Of a DNA stretch of 64,000 nucleotides, positions 12,001 through 24,660 are shown piece by piece. Below the pieces are notes generated by a model. It worked only from the letters and a program-made list of their open reading frames with translations. It ran no database searches and was not told the DNA's origin. Every line of letters begins with the position of its first letter. Position 1 is the first letter of the stretch. The position numbers were made by a program, and so were the translations under genes. Origin of the DNA: Tubiluchus corallicola (lineage: Eukaryota; Animalia; Priapulida); NCBI GenBank assembly GCA_030141605.1, contig JAQGDQ010000602.1:67461-131460 (forward strand), given 5' to 3'.

Positions 12001-15000
12001 CATCAAATATAAACTGCAGAGAATCTTTACAATGTCTAGATCATCATATCAGACTAGAAATTAAAAAGCTGATATCCAACATCTGGACAGTGTAACAGCC
12101 TACTGTCTTACTGCATTCTGCTAATAAACATTGAATCACCTGAGTATGTAAGTACGGGCTAACAAATTTAAATGTAGGCTTCACTCAATGCCTAAAAGGT
12201 GGCAGCACATGACAGTGTATCAGTTTATCTCCAATACCAATTGTGACAAAAAGTAGCTTCGCATTACTATTTATAGTTCTAACTACAATAGACATTGCGA
12301 AACCCGAATAAAACACAGATTTTATTAATAATTATTAATAACAATTAATAAGAATATAATAATAATAATAATTGATAAGAATAATAATAATAATAACAAG
12401 AAAAATTCTTCTGTTTTAGAAATCTATTTTGCTTTTATTAACATGTTTTCGTAACACATTACAGGTTTCCTCTTTGGTGTGAACGTAAGAAATGCAGTCA
12501 AACCTCGTTATAACCCTACCTCCCCCCCCCCCATAATGCCAACCTCGCTTAACACCCATATTTTTAACGAAATAAAATGTCTATGTTTGCAAAGACATGT
12601 TTGTATTCATGCATCTTGTTATAATTCGGTGGTATATATATATATATAAGAGTCGAGGCTACAGCTCCGACGATGGCAGCATTTGTGGAGATCTATATAT
12701 TAAACGAATGGTCTCGATCTAGTGTCGTGCCATTGGGAGTTTATTTTTGAATCGGGCCCACTGGGACGAATGCGGGACAAAAAACCTCCAAAAATGGCAA
12801 TTTTTTGGCCATTTTTTGCAAAGCTTATACCTCTTATTTCTGGAGAATGGGCCATGGGTGGTGCTGGCCATGGATAGATGGCCATTTAACAGTGGGTGTA
12901 GTAGGTGTATTTAAAATTCGCGAGAGGGCCACGGCGTCTCACAAAGGGCGTTTTCCCGGACCCAACTTGCGATTTTTTCGAAATTTTGGTCAAACAGCCT
13001 GCAGAAAAAATGTTCTAGCGGCGCTTGGTGGAACTTTCGGAAGGAGATATATGGCTCTTTAGAAAGAGCAAGAACAGGGCTACACGATGATTGGGCTATA
13101 TTTAGGACACATCCACCAAGAGGAGCGCCGACGAGTTAATTAGATGTTCTATTTTTACTTGGAAAACTGCTGACGCAAAGCCATTGTTCTGGCGTCATCC
13201 ATTATACGCTGCAGCTTGCTTTGCGTTATAAATGAGGACCATGTAGCATGTTCGCGTACTATTGATTATAAGTGTATTTATACGCAAATTTTTTTGCGGG
13301 GCCTAGGCCAGTCTTGTTATAATGCCAAAGTCTTGTGATCGATATAAAGAGGTTTTACTGTATGGAACATCTTTTGATTAATTGATCCACGTGTCAGTAT
13401 GAAATCTGTGTTTAATTGAAATCTTGTGTCATTGCTAAATGTTTGAAACGGTCTGATAAATTTGTTACAATAAACCTTTTCATTGTGCACAGTTGCTGCA
13501 GGTCAAAGGTTAAGCGTATCAGCAAATCGTCTTAACTACAACCGCCACGTGACATGTGGGTAAAGTAAAACTGTTTGCCTCATCAGCTCAGTAACTTCAG
13601 TTGCTTAACGTAAAATTTACTTAATTATTCATTAGTCTGTGCGTAGAGTGATATACTAGCAGTATCTTGCTTGAGAACAAGAAAAAATGAACTAGATAAG
13701 GTTCTAGCTAGCTGTTAAAACTGTTACTATTACAACAGCGTGAGCGGCGTCAAGTGTACACAAATACGTTGTCTGCCGAATGTCTGGTACACTTAACCTT
13801 TGACCTTTTCACAATCAATCGCTAGAACTGTGAAAGGGCTTATTACAACGGGCATTGCTTGTAACATTCTGTTCCAATTTTAAGCTTGATCAAATTGTTA
13901 GAAGTACAAGGTAGTACGATTGCTTATGCTAACAGGTAAAACAGGAAAAAACTCTCATTTACAGGTGGATGTTAGTCCTTCTGGTCCGGCCTTAGATCTC
14001 ACGGTAAAAATTCCGATTGTGATTGGTACGATTCCCCTCCGAGAGGCGTTCTCTTGTTTCACCTCCTCGTTTCCACCACAGCCAATGGGATTTCAAGAAG
14101 ACAGAAACCAAACTCAACCGAACTCCGCGTTTCCACCGCAACAAGCTCAGGCAATGGGATTTCAAGCAAGCGGAATGGGAACTGAACCGACTGCACCGTT
14201 ACCACCTGGTTTTGAGAATTACCCGGATGCTCGTAAGTGTAGAAGTTTTAATTATTCAAAAGCAATTACTGTGGTGATGGTTGGTTAGTCAATTTAAAAT
14301 GCTCAGTCAACGACTTATACAAAAACAATGATGAACCTGCATTCTTAGGTAGTGATGTTAATGATAACGATATGTATCAATAGTTATTGTGTCGATAATT
14401 CCTGATTGTTGTATCAATTTGCAAAATTTGTTTTTATCATTATCGCACAGATATTATATTATTCTAGCAATATCGCTATTGTATTGTATTTGGTACATAT
14501 CACTGCTTATTGCTCACATTTATAAGATCGTTGCAGTTATTCATTTGTGCAGGTAAGCTACAAGAAAACCGGATGATTGTGTAAACATTAGTTCAGAATA
14601 AAGAATGTTCTAAAATATTGAAAACTAGAATAGTTTTTTTAAATCAAAGCTTAGATTAAAGCTACACGCGGCTCTATGAATCTACTGACATTGGCAGTGG
14701 CGCCTTTTTGTCACATGCGCGTGGCTGACAAATAGAAGGTGGTACCGTAATAACCGTGATCATGAACTGCAGTGTTAGTGTCTAACGTCATATGATGTAA
14801 AGCCCATTTTCGTGACATCATGCGTTTAAACGTACTTGACGCTCAAGTGAAAACGCCAGCCATTGCACAAATTGTGGTTTGTTTTTGATGTAAGCAATAG
14901 CTGCGTTCGGTTTCCGTTAATTAGCTTTCCATGCTAATTATTCAAATATAAGAAACACTTGCCAACTTTTTAAGCAAGAAAATGTATATTTTATACAGTA

Positions 15001-15659
15001 CATTAAAATGAGATTGAGTCTAAACAATTAACCAGTTTTCCTTTAAAAAAGAGTTATTTCTAAGGCTGTTTGAATAATCTTATTTTTATTTAAGATTGAC
15101 ATCAAGAATACAAAAAAAGTTCTATTCCAGAGGCTAGGCGTCAAATATGGCTAACATATTCACATGTGTTCCGAATTTTGAGAGGAAAGCTCAGCATGTT
15201 TTTAGATGTCACTAGTTCATCGGAAACAGTCAAGATGGCCGCCGAGCAATTCTGTAGCCAAATATTTAAATCAACAAAAGAAGTTACTGTGGGAATGCCT
15301 TCTGAAGCAAACTACCCCTTCAACAAATCGTGTTTATGTTAGACTTGCATCGAGCTGGCTTAAGAGCAGGCCCCTCAACTCCGTTCCCTTTATTATATTG
15401 TAAAATACTAAAAATAACTAGGCCCATTTCATTGGGAGTAAGTTAGCTTAATATGTTGCTGTAGATCTATTCTTTTAAGTTTGAAAAATTTAAAGCATGA
15501 ATTTTATCTTTTTGTAACGTAAATTCTTTCATTTTTGCAGCTCCTCCACAGTACTCACAATTGTTCTCTGGACCTGTGAATATAAAAGGTGACGATGACA
15601 ATGACTACTCAATGGGGAATTTCAACTATGCGCCGGTCTACCCATATTACGCTCAGTAA
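6009..15659 (+). CDS. ARRDC: Arrestin domain-containing protein (alpha-arrestin, ARRDC2/3/4-TXNIP family), 408 aa
   Basis: Coding exons 6009-6135, 7022-7144, 8178-8322, 8898-8979, 9448-9630, 9817-9996, 13965-14232 and 15541-15659. All introns are GT-AG with matching phases (1227 nt total). Motifs VFYAGQIVSG, GSAKVHWTE, LPSSFEG..GYVRY, DRPWKFN, CCLCCKSGP, GYVPGQ, IPIVIGTIP and C-terminal PPPQY (PPxY). An acceptor at 5965 suggests an upstream non-coding exon. Confidence 0.93.
6402..7000 (+). mobile_element. MITE (about 600 bp), copy 1, ARRDC intron 1
   Basis: Imperfect about 30-bp TIRs (TGT(A/G)CTTGCA...TGCAAGCACA). Homologous over its length to 10915-11559 in the opposite orientation, and both copies give similar spurious MKLRCRL ORFs. 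Confidence 0.75.
7722..8144. mobile_element. Degenerate inverted-repeat element with an internal tRNA-like module
   Basis: Ends TTAATTAATAAG / CATATACTAATTAA and inverted arms (ttcttaacaattgtggtttatttcacaa vs ttgtgaaataagcaacagtggtttaagaa). tRNA-like core on the minus strand at 7890-7960. Confidence 0.5.
8345..8790. mobile_element. Foldback (about 220-bp diverged arms), Penelope-like terminal-repeat remnant with a hammerhead motif
   Basis: Arms about 8345-8562 and 8583-8790 are reverse complements around a loop of about 20 bp. The right arm has CTGATGA-stem II-GAAAC followed by AATAAA. Confidence 0.65.
8694..8736 (+). ncRNA. Minimal type I hammerhead ribozyme-like motif (degenerate)
   Basis: TACCA CTGATGA T GAC-agcagcagcta-GTC GAAAC ATT TGGCA: conserved cores CUGAUGA and GAAA, 3-bp stem II, stem I TACCA/TGGCA with one mismatch. 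A more decayed copy lies on the minus strand at about 8405-8447. Confidence 0.5.
8965..9314 (+). repeat. Compound minisatellite (64-bp unit x about 3, then 63-bp unit x 3) starting inside ARRDC exon 4
   Basis: Unit AGGCAGGATTGTGCA|GTAAGTTGAACAATTGTGTCAGTCTGGGAGAGGTGTGCTGCCTGAGTCG includes the exon end and donor. The second unit shares the TCAGTCTGGGAGAGG...GAGTCG half. Confidence 0.9.
10520..10818 (+). mobile_element. Probable tRNA-derived SINE
   Basis: B-box-like GGTTCAAATCTC at about 10564, a body of about 250 bp and a (TAAA)n-type tail. Confidence 0.45.
10915..11559 (-). mobile_element. MITE copy 2 (same family as 6402-7000, inverted), ARRDC intron 6
   Basis: Reverse-complement similarity to 6402-7000, with an extra internal segment and the same TIR motif GTGCTTGCA. 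Confidence 0.75.
12495..13360. mobile_element. Tc1/mariner-type MITE carrying a nested insertion
   Basis: TIRs CAGTCAAACCTCGTTATA / TATAAAGAGGTTTTACTG followed by TA. Interrupted by the 12633-13312 insert. Confidence 0.6.
12633..13312 (+). mobile_element. Non-autonomous Helitron-like insert
   Basis: (TA)n 5' end, GC-richer body, subterminal hairpin CGCAAA-ttttt-TTGCG followed by GGGCCTAGGCCAGT. No TIR or TSD. Confidence 0.45.
13469..13844 (+). mobile_element. MITE, copy 1
   Basis: TIR AATAA(A/G)CCTTTTCA...TGAAAGGGCTTATT with inner inverted AGGTCAAAGGTTAAG / CTTAACCTTTGACCT. A second copy lies at 54651-55019. Confidence 0.7.
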
Positions 15660-16023
15660 TCGTGATAAGTTCCGAAAACTTTTCACGTGTGATGCTCACT
15701 TGTGATTTTAGCGACGCAGACAAATGTCTACTCCTCGCTGGGAGGGATTGTGATTCTGCTGAAACTTTAATAATTCTGTAGTGTAACTGCTGCCCATGCA
15801 TCATTGCCTAACTTTGCTTATATCTCATTGGAAGGTGCTGCCACCTTCGTTTTCGGATCATGTGCGCAGACTGCATAGTTTTCCTGGCATTGTTCAGAGC
15901 AGAATGGTCGGAGGTGTTCAAGTCACCTGCCTTTACGGTGAATACGTTAATAACACAGTGAATTCGTGTAGTATATATGGCGAATACTATAGTAATTACG
16001 GGACATTTGTACGGTGATATGAT

Positions 16024-16398
16024 CAGGACCTATTTCAGCCTAAGCGAGGCCCAGGGAAGTGGGGTGTGTGAGGCCCCCTCGGAAGGGGGGGGCAAAGCAC
16101 CGGGGGGCATGGTTAGCGCCCAGAAAATTTTTGAACTGCTGGAACGCCGGAGAAGCATTTTCGAAGAAGTTATACAGTTGTTAAAGGAAAGAACAATTGA
16201 AATAAAAACTGCTTTATTCTCAAGACCAGTCCTTAATACTTGTCAATACTTGCAAACAGCGCGCGTGCGGCAAGAGAGGGAGAGAGGAGGCAGTATGTTC
16301 GCATAAACCAAAAAAAATGTTACCGTCGCGCGAGGCCCCTGGAGGGTGAGGCCCCAGGGAAGTATCCCCACTTCCCCCCCCCCCTGAAATAGGCCCTG
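16024..16398. mobile_element. hAT-type MITE
   Basis: TIRs CAGGACCTATTTCAG / CTGAAATAGGCCCTG. 8-bp TSD GATATGAT / GATATGGT (7 of 8 match). Internal GAGGCCCC motifs. Confidence 0.85.
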
Positions 16399-16971
16399 GA
16401 TATGGTTACACATCTTCACTTAAAATTATTTTTTGTGACTCATTGAAGGCATAATAACCCACCTCAATCCGAACGAATGGCTAGTATCGTTGCATATAGT
16501 GTTCCTCTTCAGTAAATGCCTCATCTCCATAGCAACTTTAATTTTACCAGTTTCTCAATAGGGGGAGCAAGTGTGAAGCAACCACTCCTCCAAGCACATT
16601 TTTTCAAAAGTGACACCTTTTCAACAATTTTTTAAACTCTCTTTTTCACTAGTTCAATAAAAGTCGAATGTTTTATTTTTTGTATTGTACAGCCTAGGAA
16701 GAATTTTCTGCAGTTGTTAGTTTATTTATGTACTTCATTTAAAACTGTTTCTTCCTTGTGTTTTATTTTAAACCACAAAATTAAAGTGTGTAATGTGTTA
16801 AAAATTCTTTGGTATGTGTCACCGTGTTCTTCCTCCCTAAACTTTAAAACCTGGTTATCCCAGAATGCCCCTGAACTGTACATGTGTAGGAAGAGTGCGT
16901 ATAAATTAGTAACTTCATAGTCACTAATAAAAGGATTTATGTATAAAATGTACTGACAAAGATTTTCTACT

Positions 16972-17039
16972 GTCTCTCTCTCTCTTTCTCTCTCTCCCTC
17001 CTCCTGTCTCTTTCTCTCCATCTCTCTTTCTCTCTCTCT
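16972..17039. repeat. (CT)n-rich microsatellite
   Basis: Direct inspection. Confidence 0.85.
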
Positions 17040-17071
17040 GAATGTGAAACTGAATGCAAAACGTAGAAAAC

Positions 17072-17353
17072 TTTTCCCCAGGGGGAAAATTAATGCTCCA
17101 GAAATGTTTGCGCTTTTGTGCATCAACATTGAAAAGACGTGGATCGTTTTCCACAGGGGGAAATTAATGCTTTAGAGAATTGTTTGGTGCATCAAAATTG
17201 AAAAGACGTGGATCGTTTCCCACAGGGGGAAATTAATGCTCCAGAAATGTTTGCGCTTTTGTGCAGCAAAATTGAAAAGACGTGGATCGTTTTCCACAGG
17301 GGGGAAAATTAATGCTCCAGAAATGTTTGCGCTTTTGTGCATCAAAATTGAAA
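17072..17353. repeat. Tandem repeat, about 72-75-bp unit x about 4
   Basis: Repeated TTTCCACAGGGGGAAATTAATGCTCCAGAAATGTTTGCGCTTTTGTGCATCAAAATTGAAAAGACGTGGATCG. Confidence 0.85.
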
Positions 17354-17826
17354 TAAAAAATTAAGGCAAAAAATTTAAAAATTTAAGATGATTTTTGGAT
17401 ATTACTGAGTTTTCTTATCCTGTTGTTGCAGTTCAAAATACTTTACGTATGCATAAATACATTCTTTTGTATACATTAGAAAGAAAGCTCAGTAGCACTC
17501 AGAAATGTTTAGTCTTCAATTTTGATACCCTTTACTACTATATATAGAGTGAATGAGTCCCGGTGAAAAAATATTTATTAACATGACATGTTTACCATTA
17601 AATAATTGTTACATTTACAATTGTTTTCAAATCTATGCACGACAAAAATTTACACGTAAACCCGCCATTCAGGCACACAAGTCACTGCCAATTAAAGCCA
17701 AAGGATTTTCGTAATGCGTACAGTGCACACTTAACAAAAATTTATACGGTACATATACTATATAAATCGTCGGATGCATTGATGTTACTGTATTATTGAG
17801 AATAGTTCTTCTATTTGTGTTGTGCT

Positions 17827-18093
17827 TAGTAATTGTGTTTGGGTTTCTACTGGTGGCAAAGGAAGTGGTTTATTTATGTTGTCATTAGTAATTTTGTGGG
17901 TTTTTACTGGTGGCAAAGGAAGTGGTTTATTTATGTTGTCATTAGTAATTTTGTGGGTTTTTACTGGTGGCAAAGGAAGTGGTTTATTTATGTTGTCATT
18001 AGTAATTTTGTGGGTTTTTACTGGTGGCAAAGGAAGTGGTTTATTTATGTTGTCATTAGTAATTTTGTGGGTTTTTACTGGTGGCAAAAGAAG
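17827..18093. repeat. 57-bp minisatellite x about 4.6
   Basis: Near-identical units. The minus strand reads (PPVKTHKITNDNINKPLPL)n. Confidence 0.92.
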
Positions 18094-19358
18094 TCAGTTT
18101 AATTTGTTAACTTGCGAGTGAAGCTGTGGAATGAGTGAGAACTGAACATTTGATGTGTATGAAAGATTTCAAATGCGTGTGACACATGTGTAATGAGAGT
18201 TGACAGGTCTGCGTTTTGGAGTAAGAATGTTGTTAACTAAACTGCAGAAATGGGGGTTAAAATTTTTAGGTCGGACAGATACTTATAACTACCTCAGAAG
18301 GTACTACAAAAATCTGTGTAATGGTGATAATATATCTACTAGTTCTTGTCTGTTGATGAATATGGACATAATTGAAACTATTGATTTTGTGATATGCGAT
18401 ATCTTTTTTTGTTATTTAGTAGACTGCTGTATATTTGATAAGAGCAATTAGTATTTCAAATTAAGTTATTAGACGCAAGAAGATAGTTTTGTGATGTTTT
18501 ATATTTGTGTCATTGTTTAAAATATTTACAGCCGCATATTTTTTGGTTTCATAGATAAATTAATATATTGCCTTATATATGTATACGAAAACTTACTATT
18601 ATGTATGTTGTAATACTATTGTAGTAAAAGGTAATTCTGTATTGTTAAATATAATTTATTATAGTCGGGGCAGAAAGAAGCAAAGTGTGATTATTATTTG
18701 ACTATCGAAACATTTGAAGTACTTGCAGCTTAACATTTTTTCTACTTTTTACTCATGCCTTTTTAAGTTTTTATTTCCATTTAAATGTTATTTTTACAGC
18801 AAAGTGTGTCTGTTTGTTTTTTGTGCGTGTGTAACATTCTACATGCTGTATTTTACTATTTTACACTTCTTAACGTCGACTTTTTTTAACATCAGATTTC
18901 TCATTCATTATTTTAAACATTAATTAACTTCAATGATGCTGTTAAGTAAAATAATCCTGATATCCATAGTTTACATTACAATTGACATGTTATTGTTTTC
19001 ACACTTGTCGAGTGCGTGGTGTAATACACTTTATTTGTAAATAAAGATTATGTTTGTCTACTACCTATCTATATAGTATATATACTTCAATTTATGATAG
19101 TGTCACGAAGACGGATTTTGACCAACCCCTTAATGTCAGTAATACAACTGTACTTGTATAGCAGAATGCATGCCGTAATTTGACGATTCCTACCTGACAT
19201 TTCTGTCTGTACGGGTGAATGATGTATGCTTGCTAATTCTTATACATAAGTCTGTTCACATATCCTTCTTTTAGTAAAGAGAATCTGTTAAATGTCAGAT
19301 AATTATGCTAAGAAGAGTATTCATGAAGCCAAACCAAATAAGGAAATTTAAGGCGCGG

Positions 19359-19811
19359 TGTCACGTGACGATGAACTGACCCATTTGTCAGACTGCGCAC
19401 GCATGCTGGCAGGGATGCCGTGAGACCAGCTCGCAGCAGAGCTTTGGTTAGACTCCTCACTCATGAGCAGGACGTCTCGTAGATCAGGGGCTTTGGCATT
19501 TCTATACCTTTATTATATTGTGATGTTACTTAATAAAAGTGTTATTTCCTAATCCAAGTTTTATAGCTTTGCCATTACTCAAACGTTCATAAACAGCTAC
19601 ACACATCGCTCACATACATACTACCACTATACAAACAACCTAATAATTTTACTCTTTTTGAAGATTTGGCGCTACTGATTATGCTGTAAAGTTTATTTTA
19701 TACTCGTATTCTGGATCTTTCAACTTTTCTCGTCTGCTGTAATATTTCATAGCTTGTATGCCGCTTTATACCTCCCGAGACAGATCTGCGCTGGACACCG
19801 CACTCGTTACA
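19359..19811 (+). mobile_element. Probable LTR of an LTR retrotransposon (3' LTR remnant)
   Basis: TGTCACG...CGTTACA termini, internal AATAAA at about 19532 and a purine-rich tract immediately upstream. Confidence 0.45.
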
Positions 19812-21424
19812 ACATAATGCCAATCTGAATATATAAAAGTGTAGTATCCATCTTGAATTTAAAGATAGTACCATGCATTTTTACAAAAGCACTATTGTCT
19901 TTGTAAGCAAATAGCCAGACATGCCCAATTAAGCACTACATCCACGTTTTAATGCCAAAGAAGACACCTAGATGCAAGCAAGTAAGTGCAAAAGATAACA
20001 TCCAAAATTCAGAGTTAAAGAGAAGGATTTGGGTTGTGGCATTTTCGCCGTCAGCTGCCACGTGGCCAGTTCTATTAATGCTGCAGGTTTCACACTCAAA
20101 ACACGTAACAAATGAGTACGTACCAGCATAAAAAACATTGTTTTGATAAAAGTATAAAATGGTAAGATGTACATATGCAGTAGAAAATTTAATTCTTCTG
20201 CCATGACCCGATGTCAGTGTCTATTAGTACTCACTCTCTTCTTTGCCTAATGTTTCTAATAACCATTTTTTTGTTGTCACAATAATAAGGCAAAATAATA
20301 ATTCTGTTATGTGAACTGAAGGAAACACAAGTATTTGTGTGATTAAATCCTCACTGAATACCTTTTTGTGCAATTCTACAGCTGCAAGCCATCATCCAAC
20401 ACTTCAAACCAAGACCTACTAGTTACGTTAGTATTGTGGACGTACCAGAATCTAGCTAATTATCTGGGATAAATCTCTAAGATGAAACAATTAATTGGTG
20501 GAGGTGTTCAGAAGTGTACACAAGCTTCCTGTACGAGGTAAATAGGCAAATGTAATTGCGTCATGCAAAACAATGGCAGACTTATCCTGATGACCAGCCC
20601 TCGATTTAGTATACCGTTTCAACATTGCTTAAATTCGGTTGCTAACCCCTCACCACTATAATTCAGCTATTCCTCTCACTTTAGCACCGGGATGTGTCCA
20701 GAAACCCATTTCAATATATGTTATTCTGTTAATTTGATAGTGTATGTGTGGGTTAATTTGTAAAAATATCCTATAGCCTTTACTTCTGAATCGGAAGGAC
20801 CAGCTGTATTAAATAACGGATCAATACTCAATTTTCCTTCTAAATTCATGGTTACATTGTGGTTAAAGTACTATTTCTCACTTGATGCGTTGAAAGATTT
20901 ATATAGTCTTACCTCTTGTTGCGCTGGGCCGCGCAGTAATTTTCATCAATTTTGAAATACCCTGGTTATGGTCCCAGGTGACCTCATGGATTACTGTTCG
21001 TATAATACGATCTGCATATAAATCGAGAAGCACTAAAAGGCCCTCTGGCGTGATTAGGCACAAGTTTTCTGAAAGTTGTAAATCTGTACAGAATTTTCTT
21101 TGCATTGACTTCAACCCTATTTCATTAAATTAGTTAGCCGAAAGTTTAGCTCTTTTTAATGACAATGCGACTGAAGCTAACAAATCCAACTTAATCCATC
21201 ACGGATGTTAATCAGTTAATCAGCATTGAAGTTGCCGAATGAACATTTTTCCGATATTTGCATAATTATTCAATGTTAAGGTTATTTGACAAGAACAGTA
21301 GCCAGAGTTGAGTAGCTAATATGACACTAAAGTAAATTGTATCCTAATATCCTATACATGTAGTTTCAAACGCAGGTTTTATCCTATTTCCTAGATAGAA
21401 TATTAGATCAAATATTAACTAGAT

Positions 21425-22790
21425 CTAAAGAAATTAAATACCTCGGTATGTTCATTGATGATAACTTAACATGGTCTACACAAATAAAACACATAACCTA
21501 CAAAATTAGCAAAATCAAGGGCATAATTGCGAGGATAAGACTCTACATAAATACAGATGTACTAAAACTAATATACCATGCTTTGGTTTATTCTTATCTT
21601 CACTATGGGATTCTTGCCTGGGGCACTGCATCTTCAAATACTTTAAAACCGATACAAACTCATCAGAACATTATAGTTAAGCTGATGACATTTTCTGGTA
21701 GACGGGAACATGCAACGCCATCCTACATTAAATTGGGCCTCTTAAAACTGAATGATATCTACAAACTCGAGCTTGCAAAACTTGTAAACAAATTTAAGAA
21801 TAACTTACTACCAAAATTGTTTCTAAATTACTATAAGCCAGCATCTGACATTCACAGTTACAACACTAGGTTTTCTACTAGCAGTTCTTTCTTCATCGAA
21901 CGATATAAGGTGCAAACTCACCTTTTATAATGCTATATGTCCAATAATGAACATGCTTCTTATATTACAGGCAGAGAGATAGCACCACAGGTGGATTCAC
22001 AGGTAGCAAAATGGACAGGCATTTGATTTGGCACAGAAACAGTTGTGAAGTATTTTCAATGAGTTGCTTAGTAGTTCATAAATTTGTCACTTAGCTATGC
22101 CTTACCAGCTGTACTTACTTTATTGCTTGCATGTTCAGCTATGCACTGCCTGCATGATGTCCAATTTGCTTTATTAGCTTGATTGCTAATACAGACACTT
22201 GATTATTTATTGTGCATTTATATATTTTTTGCCTTTTCTTAGTACTGCTTAAAAACTTAAAATATTGCTTATTTGTTAAATCAGACAGTTATTTGTTTTC
22301 TGCTGTTATGATAATTAAATCTTGATGACAAATTTGTTATTTTTCAAATACAAAATTTTTTTGATTAATGTATTGCAATTGTCAGGACAATTTATTTTGC
22401 TTTTTTACCTTTTTTCTTTCTTTTTGCTATTTGAAATTTTATCTTGCAAATGTTGTTTTTCTGAACATTAAAATATTCTCTTTTCTCTTTTGTGTTTTGA
22501 ACCATATATAATTATGTTTTATGTTTGACTATATTTAGGAACCACTTTTTGTTTTTGTTTTTTCTTGTTGTTGCTGTATTTTTGTTTTTTTGTTTTTATG
22601 GACGTTTATGTATTTTTTAATAGTTGTGTTCTGCTGTCATTAGCGTCTTTTTGTTTACTGTCTTTCTGAGAAGGGTGGTTGACTCGATAACCTTTGGTTT
22701 TTCGCCACCCTTTCTCCCATGTTCGTTTGTATTTTTGTGTATTTTATTGTCAAATTATTGTAAATTTATGGAGAAAAATAAAAAATTACT
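21425..22790 (+). mobile_element. 5'-truncated LINE (L2/Crack-like): RT C-terminus plus 3' UTR
   Basis: IKYLGMFIDDNLTWSTQI...LIYHALVYSYLHYGILAWG...HSYNTR. T-rich UTR, terminal stem-loop GAGAAGGGTGG/CCACCCTTTCTC (22668-22716) and AATAAA. Confidence 0.8.
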
Positions 22791-24660
22791 GACTTACTAT
22801 TTCCATTCTCCACATTTCTTATATGGATATTTCCACATAATAATTTTTGTAATTAAAAAGCACATCACGCTGCAAAACTTGTTTCATATTTATAAAATCT
22901 TCGGATTTAAATTTTAAACATTAAAGTTTAATTTAACCGGCTAAGACTTTAGCTAATTACTAGGTGCCATATATTGGCACTTCTAGTCAGTAGAAGTTTA
23001 GTATAAGTTTGTATTCGCCAATATTTACTTAATTGCAGTATCAAAATAAATGTCTTATAAGTGCTAAGGAAATAAAGTAATTAATGTTAAATGTTTAATA
23101 ATCGTAAACCATATACATTTTGGAACTCGCTGTCGTCCGTCTTTGTCTGTCGCTCTCTCCCTCCCTCCCCCCTCTCTCTCTCTCTCTCTCTCACTCTCGT
23201 CTCTTTTCTTTTTAATACGATTTTGCTTCTTTTTCAGAACTGATTCTTCTAAAGAAGCATTTCAGGTAGTGGAACTTGAATGTGGTTCTTGGGAGTTGGA
23301 AGCTCCCAAACATTTTCTAATATAATATTTTTTGTAATTTTTCTAAGTATAATATGTGGTCATTTAAAGCATACTTGTATTCCGTTTTTAAATCAAAGTG
23401 TTAAGTCAACACTATGCAATATAGTCACAAAAAAATTAGTATGATTAATACATATATTACATAAATAAACAAACACATTATTAGATTTAAAACTCCAAAC
23501 ACGTGCCTACCATAGACTTTGTTTTTTACAAGCTATGTACAATTATGTGAAATGACTTTACAACACTATAAACTCTTACATATTTATAAGTACTTTGTAC
23601 AATTTTAAGTACACAGGCATATATTACTAGCTTAGCAATTCAATTACCTAAAACAGTATGGTATAGAAATTAGTTAAATTACATGGTATTTTATAATTCC
23701 ACGATGACTCGGCAGTTCGAATGACAATCAATTTTGTGAATATTATTGTTGCCTACTGAAAACGGAATGGCATATGATGAAGAACATCTCTCATTTTTAC
23801 AACAGGTTAGTAATTACTGATACAGATAAGTTGCTTAAGATTAAAAACAATAGATGCATTGCATCAGCTCATACAACATTGTGCTTCTTTGAAGTAGCAT
23901 TGTGATTTTTTCAATAACGCATTGTAAACTTTAAAATTTCTAAATTTTTTTGTTCAATCATCGTACGAAAGAAACCATGGTATAGTTATACCTGACCATT
24001 TTTCCGACACCCTCATTCTACATCGCCACGTAGGCCAATACGCCTAATATCCAGGCCTTGAAAGCTAGCCGACCAATCAGAAACGAGTTCCGGGTGAAGT
24101 GACCTCAGTATTACAGCGACGAAGCTTTCACGTTTGTTCAAACTTGGGCATAATATTGTCATGCATAAAATTGTTGCTAAACGTATTTTCGCTTGAAAAA
24201 TACAAGTCATGTTGAAACGAAACGAATTTCATCTTCTTCTGCCTAATTACATATTTAAGGAAGCTTAACAGAAAAATGGCTTCATTTAATGGTAACTTCA
24301 TCAAAAATAATGCTACTCTTGACTAAAGATGGCAGCACAAGATTGGAATATAAAATCAATACATCAATATTATCAATCATTAGGTAAACAATTCGTGATA
24401 CCGTTAAGATTAATACTTAAAGTGAAAAATAATTAGTAGCAGTAATCTGCTAGATGGGGGACGCTCAACAACTTCTATAGTACTTAAACAGTTCTTTTTG
24501 TACAAAATTTCTCAGCAAAATTCATCGGCGTTAAAAAGTAATCAATGAGTAATCAATTAGCGAGCAAAATAATCAACAGGTAATCAATTAAAACAGCAAA
24601 TAAATGTTACTTATGACGGATTAAGCAAGCGGCGGAGTTTGCCAAAAAGCTCAAACCATA

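Noticed and set aside
20400-21300. Possible decayed viral or env-like ORF on the minus strand
   Set aside because: Only short frames broken by stops, with no recognisable motif.
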